Assembly: GCF_004010195.1 (NCBI RefSeq)
Contig: NC_057760.1
Location: 2,030,386-2,094,385 of the forward strand
From: Chiloscyllium plagiosum
Taxonomy: Eukaryota
Direction of reading: 5' to 3'
Length of the DNA stretch: 64,000 bases
Shown here: one piece after another, positions 26,724-37,411 of the stretch
Layout of the letters: each line of letters opens with the position of its first letter
Numbering within the stretch: the stretch's first letter is position 1
Notes under the pieces: model-generated
The model's input: only the letters and a program-made list of their open reading frames with translations
Database searches by the model: none
Told to the model about the DNA's origin: nothing
Translations under genes and position numbers: made by a program

Positions 26724-27769
26724 GAAAGAGAGAGAGGAGAGAGAGAGGAATTACATTCGCCCCCTCATTTTCTATCACGGGTTCCCAGATTTTTGACTTC
26801 TGCACTGGGCATTCATAACGGGCACAGTCAAATGTTGCAGGGGTTGTGGGATGAGATTGGATTTAACAGCAATTCAGCATCTGTAGCGGGTTTGGGGCTG
26901 ATAACCTTGTGCCAGAGAATTGTAAATTTTAATATAAAGGCTTGCATTATAATTGCACATATCGACCTGATCATCCTGAGTTTGCCAACCCTGCTTCATG
27001 GGTGGAAGACATTTCAAACTTTGACCTTGAAAATTCGTGCTATTCCAGATTGATTACCACATGGTTCAGTTTCATTTCAGTGTTCTCCTTTTCACCTGAA
27101 GGCTGACTCTTGCTTTGGTGGGGGCCAGGGAGGAGTTACTTGCAGTCTCTGGCTCTCTTTCGACACTGCCCATGCCTCCTGAAATCCTGGAGAGTCACTG
27201 CACAGCTTATTGCCTTCTCGAGACTCAGAGATCCTTTCCTTTTCCTCACTGGAAGAGGTACCAAAGCCAACCATTTTGCCATGCAACCCCACCCCTCCAA
27301 ACTTGGCTTTCGAGCTGAAGGAGAATTCATTGGGCACCGGTGTTGGAACAATGTTGATGGGAAACTTGAGGGATCACTGCTGGTGAGCAGGAGATCCAGT
27401 CACTGCTCACTGATTTTGACATGGTTCCAGGTAAATTCATCGGGGTGCACAAATTCCCAGTGACAAATACAATTCCTTCCATTCCCAAGCAACAGACATG
27501 ATGGACCGATTGGCCTACTTTGGCTTCTTGTCCTGGGTTCTTAGGTGGGACTTGAATTCCAAACTTCAGGACGAGAGCAGGAACAGTGCCAATGAGAGAG
27601 AATTCAATTCCCCACTGTTATCAGACTTCCAAACACAACTCTCACATTTTAAATTTAAATGTTGATCTCGCTCTCTGTGCGCCTTCTCTGCAGCCATAAC
27701 CTTATATTCCTCACCCTGTTCTCTTGCCTGAATGCATTTTGTATGATATGATCTAACTGTACTGCACAG

Positions 27770-28408
27770 AGTTGGGAGGTCATGTTGCAGCTGTACAGGA
27801 CATCGGTTAGGCCACTTTTGGACGACTGCATTCAATTCCTTGTTGTAGGAAAGATGTTGTTAAAATTGAAAGGCTTCAGGAAAGATTTACAAGGATGTTG
27901 CCTTGGTTGGAGAGTTTGAACTGTGCGGAGAGGCTGAACAGGCTGGGGCAATTTTCCCTGGAGCATCAGAGGCTGAGGACTGACCTTATAGAGGTTTATA
28001 AAATCATGAGGGGTATGGATAGGATAAATAGCCAAGGTCTTTTCCCCAGTGTAGGCAAGTCCAAAACTGCAGGGGCATAGGTTTAAAGTGAGGGGGGAGA
28101 AGATTTACAAGGGACTAAAGGGACAACTTTTCCACACAGAGGGTGGTACGTGTATGCAATGAGTTGCCAGAGGAAGTGGTGGAGGCTGGTACAATTACAG
28201 CATTTAAAAGGCATCTGGATTGCTTCATGAATTTGTGGGTGGCACGGTGGCACAGTGGTTAGCACTGCTGCCTCGCAGCGCCAGAGACAATCTAATCTAA
28301 TCAGAAGGGTTCATGAGGGATGATGGGCCAAGTGCTGGCAAATGGGACTAGATTAATTTTGGAAATCTGGTCAGCATGGATAGGCTGGAATAAAGGGTCT
28401 GTTTCCAC
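27770..28408 (+). mobile_element. CR1/HER1 LINE 3' end
   Basis: ERLNRLGQFSLEHQRLRTDLIEVYKIMRGMDR and tail ctgtacagctctatgac. Confidence 0.88.
28233..28302 (+). mobile_element. Mini HE1 SINE (head fused directly to tail) inside a CR1 fragment
   Basis: ggcacggtggcacagtggttagcactgctgcctcgcagcgccagagac followed by aatctaatctaatc. Confidence 0.75.
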
Positions 28409-30099
28409 GCTGTACAGCTCTATGACTTTAAAGAACAAAGCTTTTCACTGTAACCTGGGTACGTGACAATCGTAAATCAAATTAAATCCTCCCACCCCAC
28501 CCAAATGGATTGATCTAACAAATCAGCATCCTCCTCTCATGCAGGACATAAATGACTGTTTTGCCCTTAAAGTGGTATTCTTGCAAAGTGTCCTGATGAG
28601 AACAAGATTAAAGACTTCTGCAAGAAGTGCCTTATTTCAGCAGGTTCTGTGCAACCACAATTTCTCATTTAACAATGGGACCAGGAATAAAGCAGATTTA
28701 AGGGGTGGCTCACCATTACCATTTTAAGGATAGGGTGAAGGGTGGGTGATAGATACAAGCAAAGTCCTGCCAACTGAGAATTTTATTTTTCAAAGTTCTG
28801 TTTCTTGTGACTGTTGTTCGGACCACAACCTTGGAAAAGCATCAGTTGCTTGTAGAGGATAAAATATTTAAGTTCTCAGGGGAAAAAAAAAAGCAGTTAA
28901 CTTACCATTCTCAGTCACTGCATCCCGGTTTTTGGAAATTTGACATTTGGCAATCAGAATCCCAAAGTCCAGTCGCAAAGAGAGGCAGGAACAGAAGCAG
29001 TTTGTTAGACTTGAAAAGACAGTTTACAAATGTGAAGAATTTTCATATAAAGATCTTCCTCTCTGTTCAGATATTTCTAGCAAAAGGAAATGGACAAAAT
29101 CTGATTTTATTTACATATAACCACCCCCCTCCACTTAATTCCCTTCAAGTCTCATAAACCTGCACCTCATCTGGCATCTCTCCAACTGTTGGCAAACTCA
29201 GTAAAGACGGACAATTCTGCAGGACTTGGAGGGGTGAAGTGCTGATGGTGTGGATGAATTGCTAAGGACTAGCACCATTCTGATGGCACAAATGGCCTTT
29301 CTTTGGCTGCTCCCTTCCCTTTGACATTGCTGCTGCTCCTGGAACATGCCTGATGAGGTGGGAGGCAGACAGCTACATTTGCAAAGGTCAGTTACCAGCC
29401 ACTACCAGCAAATTCAGCAGAAAAATTGGATAATCTTTAGGAAAAACATCCAAAAAGTTCATACTCCCTTGTTACCCCGAATATAAACACACATCATTTA
29501 CCCAAGAATGTACAAAAATAAATTTTATTTCAGTATGAGAACAGAGCTACCTTAATCTAACATCAACCCATGTACCATGTTCAGTTTGATTTTAGTTACA
29601 AGTAAACATTTATAGTTGTATAAAGAATGCAGTGTTGACTGCTACAGAGGACATGCAGGTTTAGTAAAAGGCTCCAGACCTCTCAGTAACTCCTTATTAA
29701 TATTAAACTTCCTCCCTCTTCAAAATTCCAACCAGTAATGGGATTTCTTTATCAAAGTGACAATTACAAACTTTGAACATTACGCCAAACAGTGTTTAGT
29801 TTTTCCTTTGGAACGATGAAAAACTGTAAGGTTAATGACATCCTTTTCTCAATTTACTCGTTCACAATTCCAAATGGTAAACAGTTTTGCAGCCCATGTA
29901 AATTACAGTACTGTCAGAGCGGTCATTAACATGGATGTGTCTTCAATTGCGACATCATAAACAAAAATAGACAATACAAATAAAAAAAAGACTAACAATC
30001 TCAAAGATTGTCCTACAAAACCCAAATTTCATGACACACAAGAAATGCACAGGTGTTTTTTTTTTAAAGATTCAATTATTACTACGACTTTGCTACACA

Positions 30100-30234
30100 G
30101 TCAGAAATTACACAACACCAGGTTATAGTCCAACAGGATTATTTGAAATCACAAGCTTTCGGAGCGTTGCTCCATCATCAGGTGTCGTATGACTTCTGAC
30201 TTTGTCCACCCCAGTCCAACACTGTGTCCTGACA
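30100..30234 (-). mobile_element. Solo Penelope family A repeat with near-intact hammerhead core
   Basis: Minus strand CAC-CTGATGA-t-GGAGC-aac-GCTCC-GAAAGCTT-GTG at 30184-30150. Confidence 0.8.
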
Positions 30235-33200
30235 TAGTCACAGGGAGTGCAGGTCAGGCAGCCTCTGCGTGGCACGAATAACGTCTCACAATGTAGGAGG
30301 TTGACTCAATGTTAACTCTGACTCCGAGCCACTTCCAGTATCCACTACCCTCCTGCTTTCTGACTAGATATGTGGGCTTTTGTTTTCCTGAAAAGTAATC
30401 ACAGAAGCCCCTACATTCCTTGTTAAATGGTAATGGCTAGGGTGATAGCAACTTGACAGTGCAGCTGAGAATCATTAAACACTGTTGGTGCTCCTATACA
30501 TTATAAACTTCAAATTAAGATTTTTAAAATAACCTGCTATGTCACAACTCCAGAACAGGTGGGATTTGAAGTAGGATCTCCGTGAGAGACACTCCAAACC
30601 TTAGATCACCCTAATACATAAGACCCTTAAAATGTATGGCAATAAATGAGTTAGTGGAACCATTACCTGAATTGGGGTAGCTTTCTGACCTTCAATATTA
30701 ATGCATTAACAACACCTAATTTATATTGCTGGCAATGTAAATCATTCCACAGACCAGATGCAATTCACATTTCTTTGTTCTGGTAGAGATAACATTGATT
30801 TTCCCTGAATGAACAAAGAGCCCTCAAACAGTAGGCACCTTGCCACCAGCTGTATTGCTCAGTTCTGTTGACCATGAGTCAGACTGGTGTGCACTGATGT
30901 TGAGAGAGAGGCCAGTTAAACCTGCTGTGGGCTATCCATGCCTTAGAATGGTGCCAGAGAAAGACAGAATGGAGAGCAGACAAGAAATAAGAAGAGCAGC
31001 GACACATTAGAAAGAACAAAAATGAAAGGTATGGTAGGAGTGGGAAGGAGAGCGCATTTCCTTAACAGAGGAGCATCATGGGTTTAGCTCACTGTCAGTG
31101 TTTAATTCCCAAATTGGGATTAAAGATGGAGTATTTTCACACAAGAAACATAAACAATGGTGTCTCACTAACCTACTTGTAACTCCATACTATCGTTCAT
31201 AGGCACTTTTTCTATTGAATGTAATGCCCAGCAGGAGTGAGGATGACAATATAATCCTTACGTACTTCTGAAAAGAAAGGATATGGGTAGAACATCATTT
31301 TTCTATCCTTGACTGCTGTCCCTCTGTTCACTAATAACAGCATTGTTTCGAACAGCAATCAGCATTAACAGCTCCTGTTCTGAAATACTTTGTAAAGAAG
31401 GGGCATTTCTTCCAACTACTGTCTTTTAAGTAGATCTTTCAGAAATAATAGATAGGAAGTGTTCTCCAATCTATTCACAGCATACCTCCCAGAGGAAATC
31501 TCAGCCCTGACGTCGAATTTACTACTATTTACTCCCAGAACGAAGCTTTAAATGCAATCATTTTTTTCAATTCAATGTAAAGCAACACTGAAAAACAAAA
31601 TTCTTAAATCTTCCAGTTTTCTTTGCCACACCTGGTGATGAGTTGGCCTGAACAGATAATGAGTTTCTCAATGGGAGGAGATAGGTAAGGACATTTTCAA
31701 CTTGTGACTTTTCTCCTAACACTGTCTGGCAACTAAAGGTTTCTCTCCTGTCTCCAAAACAATCAATTTTCATGTTACACAACTTTTGGATTGAAACTCC
31801 TGATCAGCAGACTTGACAGTTTGTACTTTCCACACAACTAACTAAAATATTTCAATTGGCACATTTCAATTTCCAACCTGATGGGATCTCCAATGAATCG
31901 TCTACAAATACCAAGCTACCTCACATACATACAATCTCATTAATATTTACAACGTGTTAAACAATACTTTAGAGCGCTTCCTCCCAAAATCATGCACAAT
32001 CCTGCAAATAGGTGAAGTATATCTCCAGATTTTGGTGGAACTCAACACTACACATCAGGGAGTTCACATCGTGGCTAATGCCACCATGTCGCTCATATTT
32101 TCACCCTGGTAGGAAAGAACAGGGATTCAAAATGCTAATTGTGATTGAGAAACACGACGAGCTATACTGGGAATCCATGATGCGATACTGCACACCAATT
32201 GACGCTCCCAGGTAAGAATGAGCAGTTACAAAACAAAGATGAGACACTACTGATCAATGCACCTGAGGTAACAGCGTTGGCCACTAAACCTTACTCACAA
32301 AATATGAAGACCCTCAATCATTACCAACTCCACAGATGGAGAAGTTAACAAATTTCCCACCACATCATGGGGCTGCTCTCCAATTAGAGAGAGATGAGGA
32401 GTGGTGGTTTACCCCGAGAGTCACCATGCCTCAGGTGAGTTTGAGGATAGTCCTTCATGGTAACCCCAGTCAATGTGGGATGTCCCACTATGTAGAGTAG
32501 ATGCGTGTGATAGCACTGATGCAGAGAAAAAGGCCAGTGATCCAAACTTGGAATTTACCTCCTGGTGAAGAAAGAGAGTAAAGAAAGTGTGACCCAAATC
32601 TCCATTTATTTCTGGTGAGCAAGAATGTCATTGGCTGGTGGGTTTGCAAACAGGGTTCCGTGCTTTATACTGAAAGAAGATAATTCCACAGAAGGGAACA
32701 TAGCACAAACCAAAGCATAGAAAAGCACAGATATCAGCAGTGTGCTTTAAAATCTTTTATTCAAACTGAGCAAACGTCAGGTACAAACACTCTACCATGA
32801 CTTTCCTATAAGTGTTTGAAATTTCACATGAACTGCTACAAGAGTTGGGCAGTCTGTGAGGTTTTAGAATCATTGTAATGGTTGCTTTCAGTCAGAATTA
32901 AATAAGATCTTAATGGATATCAAAAAAAAGGGACAAAGCCATGGATAAGCAAAGTGCTCACCAAGGTTCAGTGTCATGGTTTTACACACTTGTTAAAAGT
33001 GTCACAGTTGACAACGTTTCTCACAGACAGATCTGACTTTAAGGGAGCCTCAATCAACTGTCCAGAAACTGCAGGCTTTCAGAACACCTGGACATTGGTC
33101 ATTGTCCCACTAGAAATCCTGCCGTCTCTTCAGAGTTGGACCACTGCACCAAACAGTGAAATGGAGGATGCATTATAGAAAATAAATGGGTTAGGCATTT

Positions 33201-35395
33201 TACACTTTTTCAATTATGTTCTCGAAAGATTCAACATTAATGTCTGTATGCGATTAAGAAGAATCTTATTTTTTTTTTAAAAAAAGTTCACCAAAAGGCA
33301 AATGGATTTTGAGAAGGTAATCAAACACAGCTGCAACCATGTCTATGGGCTTCATTCTGAACTCACCCTGCCTTAAAAGATGAACAGTTTTGCCAAGAAA
33401 ACATGCAAACTAGCCCTATTGTCTCATACATCTGCTCTAACAGAAAGATGGTCATCAATGGACAAGGTATTTCTCCAGCAATTCTTGATCCAAAATAGAG
33501 TGGAAATTTGGTAAGGTAATAAACCACTTTTGTGAGCCATTGTTGACAGATCTTGCTGCCCCTATCTATTTGTCTGACAGAAGTACATAAAACAAACTGG
33601 GAGGTGAAGAGATCACTGCGTTTCTATTATCTAAACAGCTTTGTTACAAAGATGGACTGTGAGAGTGGACATTGTGGACTGTAAGTCCTAATAGAACATA
33701 ATGTTAAGAAATCAGAGCAGTAGGCAATTCACCTGCTGCACCATTTGATATGATCATGGCTGACCTCATCCCAGCCTCAAGGGCATTTTCCTACTTTCTC
33801 TGCACCACCCTTCACCCCGTTGCTCATTAAATTTCTGTCTAACTCCTCCTTAAATTCAAAGCAACAATATATACCACATTCTGAGGTAGCGAATTCCACA
33901 GATGTATGGCTCTTTAAGAAAAGCAATTTCACATCTGTCTTAACAGAGAAGTTCCGGAGTCACTCTCACTTAAATCACTGGGTTCTGAAAAATCTTTCAT
34001 GGAACACTACTTGCAGTAAACGCAAGTCTAAAACTCTGGTTACTTAAACTGGTTAAAAAAAGCCAGCTTCTGAGATAATTTTATAAAATCTGGCATTGGG
34101 TGGGGGAGAAACAAAAGAGAAAAATAAGTTTAAAACTTTACAGTTTGCCATTCTATAATGCAGAAAATCCCTTTTTAATGGTAGACTCAATGCAGCAATT
34201 CACTGCTAATTCAAAGCAGTTTTGAGGTGAGGACTTACCTTCAACAGGGCAAGTTTGACTGATGGCCATAGACTGATACAACAGCAAGAAAAATGAAAAC
34301 AGATTTGGCTGTTCTTATCCTTGTCAGGAATGGAATGTCTGAATTAAGGTACAAGTCCAACTTTGTACACCCATGCATAAGTTTCTATTTGTCATTTCAT
34401 TGTTGGTCCAAAATATAATTCACTTTATAATTTATGATTCCCCTTTAGTACTAGTAGTAGGAATTATCAATCAATCTTCAGTTGTTTGGAAACAATTTGC
34501 CAATATTTTCTTTAAAAGCCAAGGCAGCGTGCCAATAGACACATACAGGGTGGAACATACAAGCAAAGATTGTTTCAATATTGGTATATCCCCTCAAGCA
34601 GCAACAAAAAAAAACTTATTGCTGGGTTTTTTGAGGGATCAAAGGAACAAATCTACCAAACAGGTCAAGTTTTCAACATGATTCGTCATCACCACAATGT
34701 GGGAATAAGTACAATTGTTTTTTCCTCTCATCGATAACCCTTCAAGACCTTAATTGAATTCTTGAGTCTTGAACACGAACCCAAAGGACACCTTTGATTG
34801 TTAGGTTTCAGCTTTTTATTTGGGGGGGGGGGGTTCAAACCCTAATGTAGCTGCACTTTTTTCTTTTATAGAATTTTCCATGCTAGCACTGCTGTCAAGT
34901 TAAGTTTAGCTTCATTTAATTTTTGTAAGCTGTCACCATTTCTGTTGTTTCAATGAACTTATGAGCATGGCTTTGAAGGCAGGTTTTGACCAAAGTGTTC
35001 AGAGTATACACCCTCATCAATCTGAAGTGAAGAAGCTTCATAAAGAGGGGCTATTTCTCAGTGTGTACATTCTATAGCGCCTGGTACTGGGTCAGTTTTG
35101 TAGAGATAAACACTTGCCTGGAGAAGATACCAATGGGGTCCCGATTTTTAAAATTTAAAGCAAAGAGGAAGGTTAACATGGAGAATATGAATTAGGAATA
35201 ATTCATGCTCAGTTTCCATTCTTCATGGATCCTGGCTGTTACTTCAATTCTGAATGACCATTCTCCTTCTAGGATCTTCTCCAACAGCTGGTCGATTTGG
35301 AATCTGAACAAGATAGCCATAAAGAAAATGGGACGCAGCTACTCAAAGAGATGACAGAATATTTGTGCATGGTTCTTAAAAAAACACAAGAGGCC

Positions 35396-35539
35396 ACAAG
35401 AAATGTTACTGATGACATGGCCATGAAATCTACAGCCACAGCTCCAGCAAACTGCTTTCAGAAACCTATCATGGCTTCCCCTATTATTCTTTTATTAAAC
35501 GGAAGTCTTCTTTCAGCTGTACAATGTTGCCAAGCCTCT
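35396..35539. repeat. Copy 1 of a 145-bp dispersed direct duplication
   Basis: Shares AAATCTACRGCCACAGCTCCAGCAAA, TTCTTTCAGCTGTA and TGCCAAGCCTCT with 37267-37411. Confidence 0.85.
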
Positions 35540-37266
35540 TCTGATCAATCCATGGATTACTTTTCTCAACGGCTCCTTTCACAACTTGGCCCTTTGCAAC
35601 AAAGTAGTGAATTCAAAATTCCAGCTTTCTAGACTTTAAAAGACGTGGGTGGGTATCCACAGCCAAAATGCTTTTTAATCTTCCTTCGCCGTAGCTCCGA
35701 GTCTGGGGAACAGATGTACCCAAAATGGGTGAAATACCAAGATGCTTCATCCAAGCTATCTGAAGTGACCAAAGCTTCAGAAGTAGTGAACTCCTCCAAT
35801 ATGGATGGAATCATTAACATATATTCTCAGAATACAGATAACAGATCTTTTATAAGATCGTATAGGTAGGAAACAGGCAATGTGTGAGGTATTACACCTC
35901 TACACACCCACTTGCATTTACAAGTTTGATAGGAAGATCAAACAAGGTGATCAATGAAACTGGATCAAACTAGTTTCTTGGAACAATACGTCTTCACGAT
36001 GAGCCAAGGAAGTACTGATGGTTTGAAGGCGCTCCAAATGACAGCCTCCGAGATATGAAGGGTTCCTACTAAATTCAGAGGAGCTAACTCAGAAACAAAC
36101 ATGAGAGAAGTGGCTGTACCAAATATGTACGCGAAGGCTTCATTCTCAGGTGGAGGTGAAAAACTTCAAAAAGAACACATCTGACATTTGAACCGAACCT
36201 TTGCAAACCTCTCGGGGCTTTCCCATTGACGTTGATCCCAAAGCCAGGCTTGGTAGAGTTGAATGCCCAGATGCGCAAAACGTTTTATGAAATGGAGATT
36301 TTGCAACATTGGAAAATTCCCAGGTTTTGCTGGCTGTTTCTTGTTCACGTCTTGCGGGAATTTTGACCCAAAATTAGAAAGTTAAACTTCAGTGCGGGGA
36401 GAAAGGTTTTGTGTTGAGCTGCCAAATATGGGCAGGTGATGGTGAAAGAAGCTGGCAACTTTCAGAAACCTCTATCAACAAGTTAATGGATAACTACAGA
36501 AGACCTTTAGAGGGGTTTTTTTTTGGGGGGGGGGGCAGGGGCAAAGGCAAAGAAAGTGCTCCTTAGCAGTAAGTTATTCAAGAATGCCATTACAAGGAGA
36601 ACCCCATCCCTTTGTCAGCAGAAACTGACGTCACATTTCAGAGAAAATAATAGCGTATTTTTTTTAATTTGCTCATCAAATTCTCTATATTAAATCAAAA
36701 GGTATTGAAAAGAAATGGTAACTCGAACCATCCTCAATTTTGGTTCTGGCACTGGCTCCTTGGGAAAAGACATTAGATTCAAGCAATCTCAAGTTTCTTC
36801 TGCTGTTTTGTAAGAAAGCCAACTGCAGAAGGCAAACGGACAAAGCTTCCTTCCATGCAACTGTTTTAGTGTCCAAAGTTTAGGGTGGCATGCTGTGCAG
36901 TTGATGAAGTGGCCAGAACGTCTGTAGCAGCATGAAAACATCCAGTAAAACAGTTCCATGGGCAACACTTCATGCATGTATACCGAAGAGGTACGACCTC
37001 TAGAGACGTGCACTAGTTACACATATTGTCAATCTGGTAATGACACCACCCACCCCCAACCATTAGGGGCTATTTTCAGCGTGTTAATATAAAATCAGTG
37101 CAGGCTTATAATGCAGGAAGCCCTTTGACAGTCTCATTGCTGGGGGCGATTACACCACACTGCACTTTCCAGGGAAGAGGCTAAAGTATAGGTTCAGCTA
37201 TTTCCCATTCCCACCCCACCCCACCGCAGGACACTATTGCTCGTTCAAGGACTTGAATTTCTACAA

Positions 37267-37411
37267 ACAAGATATGTCACCAGTGACATGACTATGCTGG
37301 TTCAAATCTACGGCCACAGCTCCAGCAAATCGCTTTTCAAGTTGTTGCATGCCCTAGTGTTTTTTTAAAATTTGAAGTGTTCTTTCAGCTGTAGCACACT
37401 GCCAAGCCTCT
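37267..37411. repeat. Copy 2 of a 145-bp dispersed direct duplication
   Basis: Same three blocks in the same order and spacing as 35396-35539. Confidence 0.85.

Noticed and set aside
26053..27053. Long ORFs of 194-283 aa
   Set aside because: They read through the N gap and are artefacts
35396..35539. H/ACA snoRNA reading of the duplicated element (ANANNA and ACA present on the minus strand)
   Set aside because: I could not form the two-hairpin fold, the H-to-ACA distance is too long, and the location is not intronic
35297..36348. Short protein-like ORFs of 60-111 aa
   Set aside because: No recognisable domain or splice structure; lengths are within chance expectation
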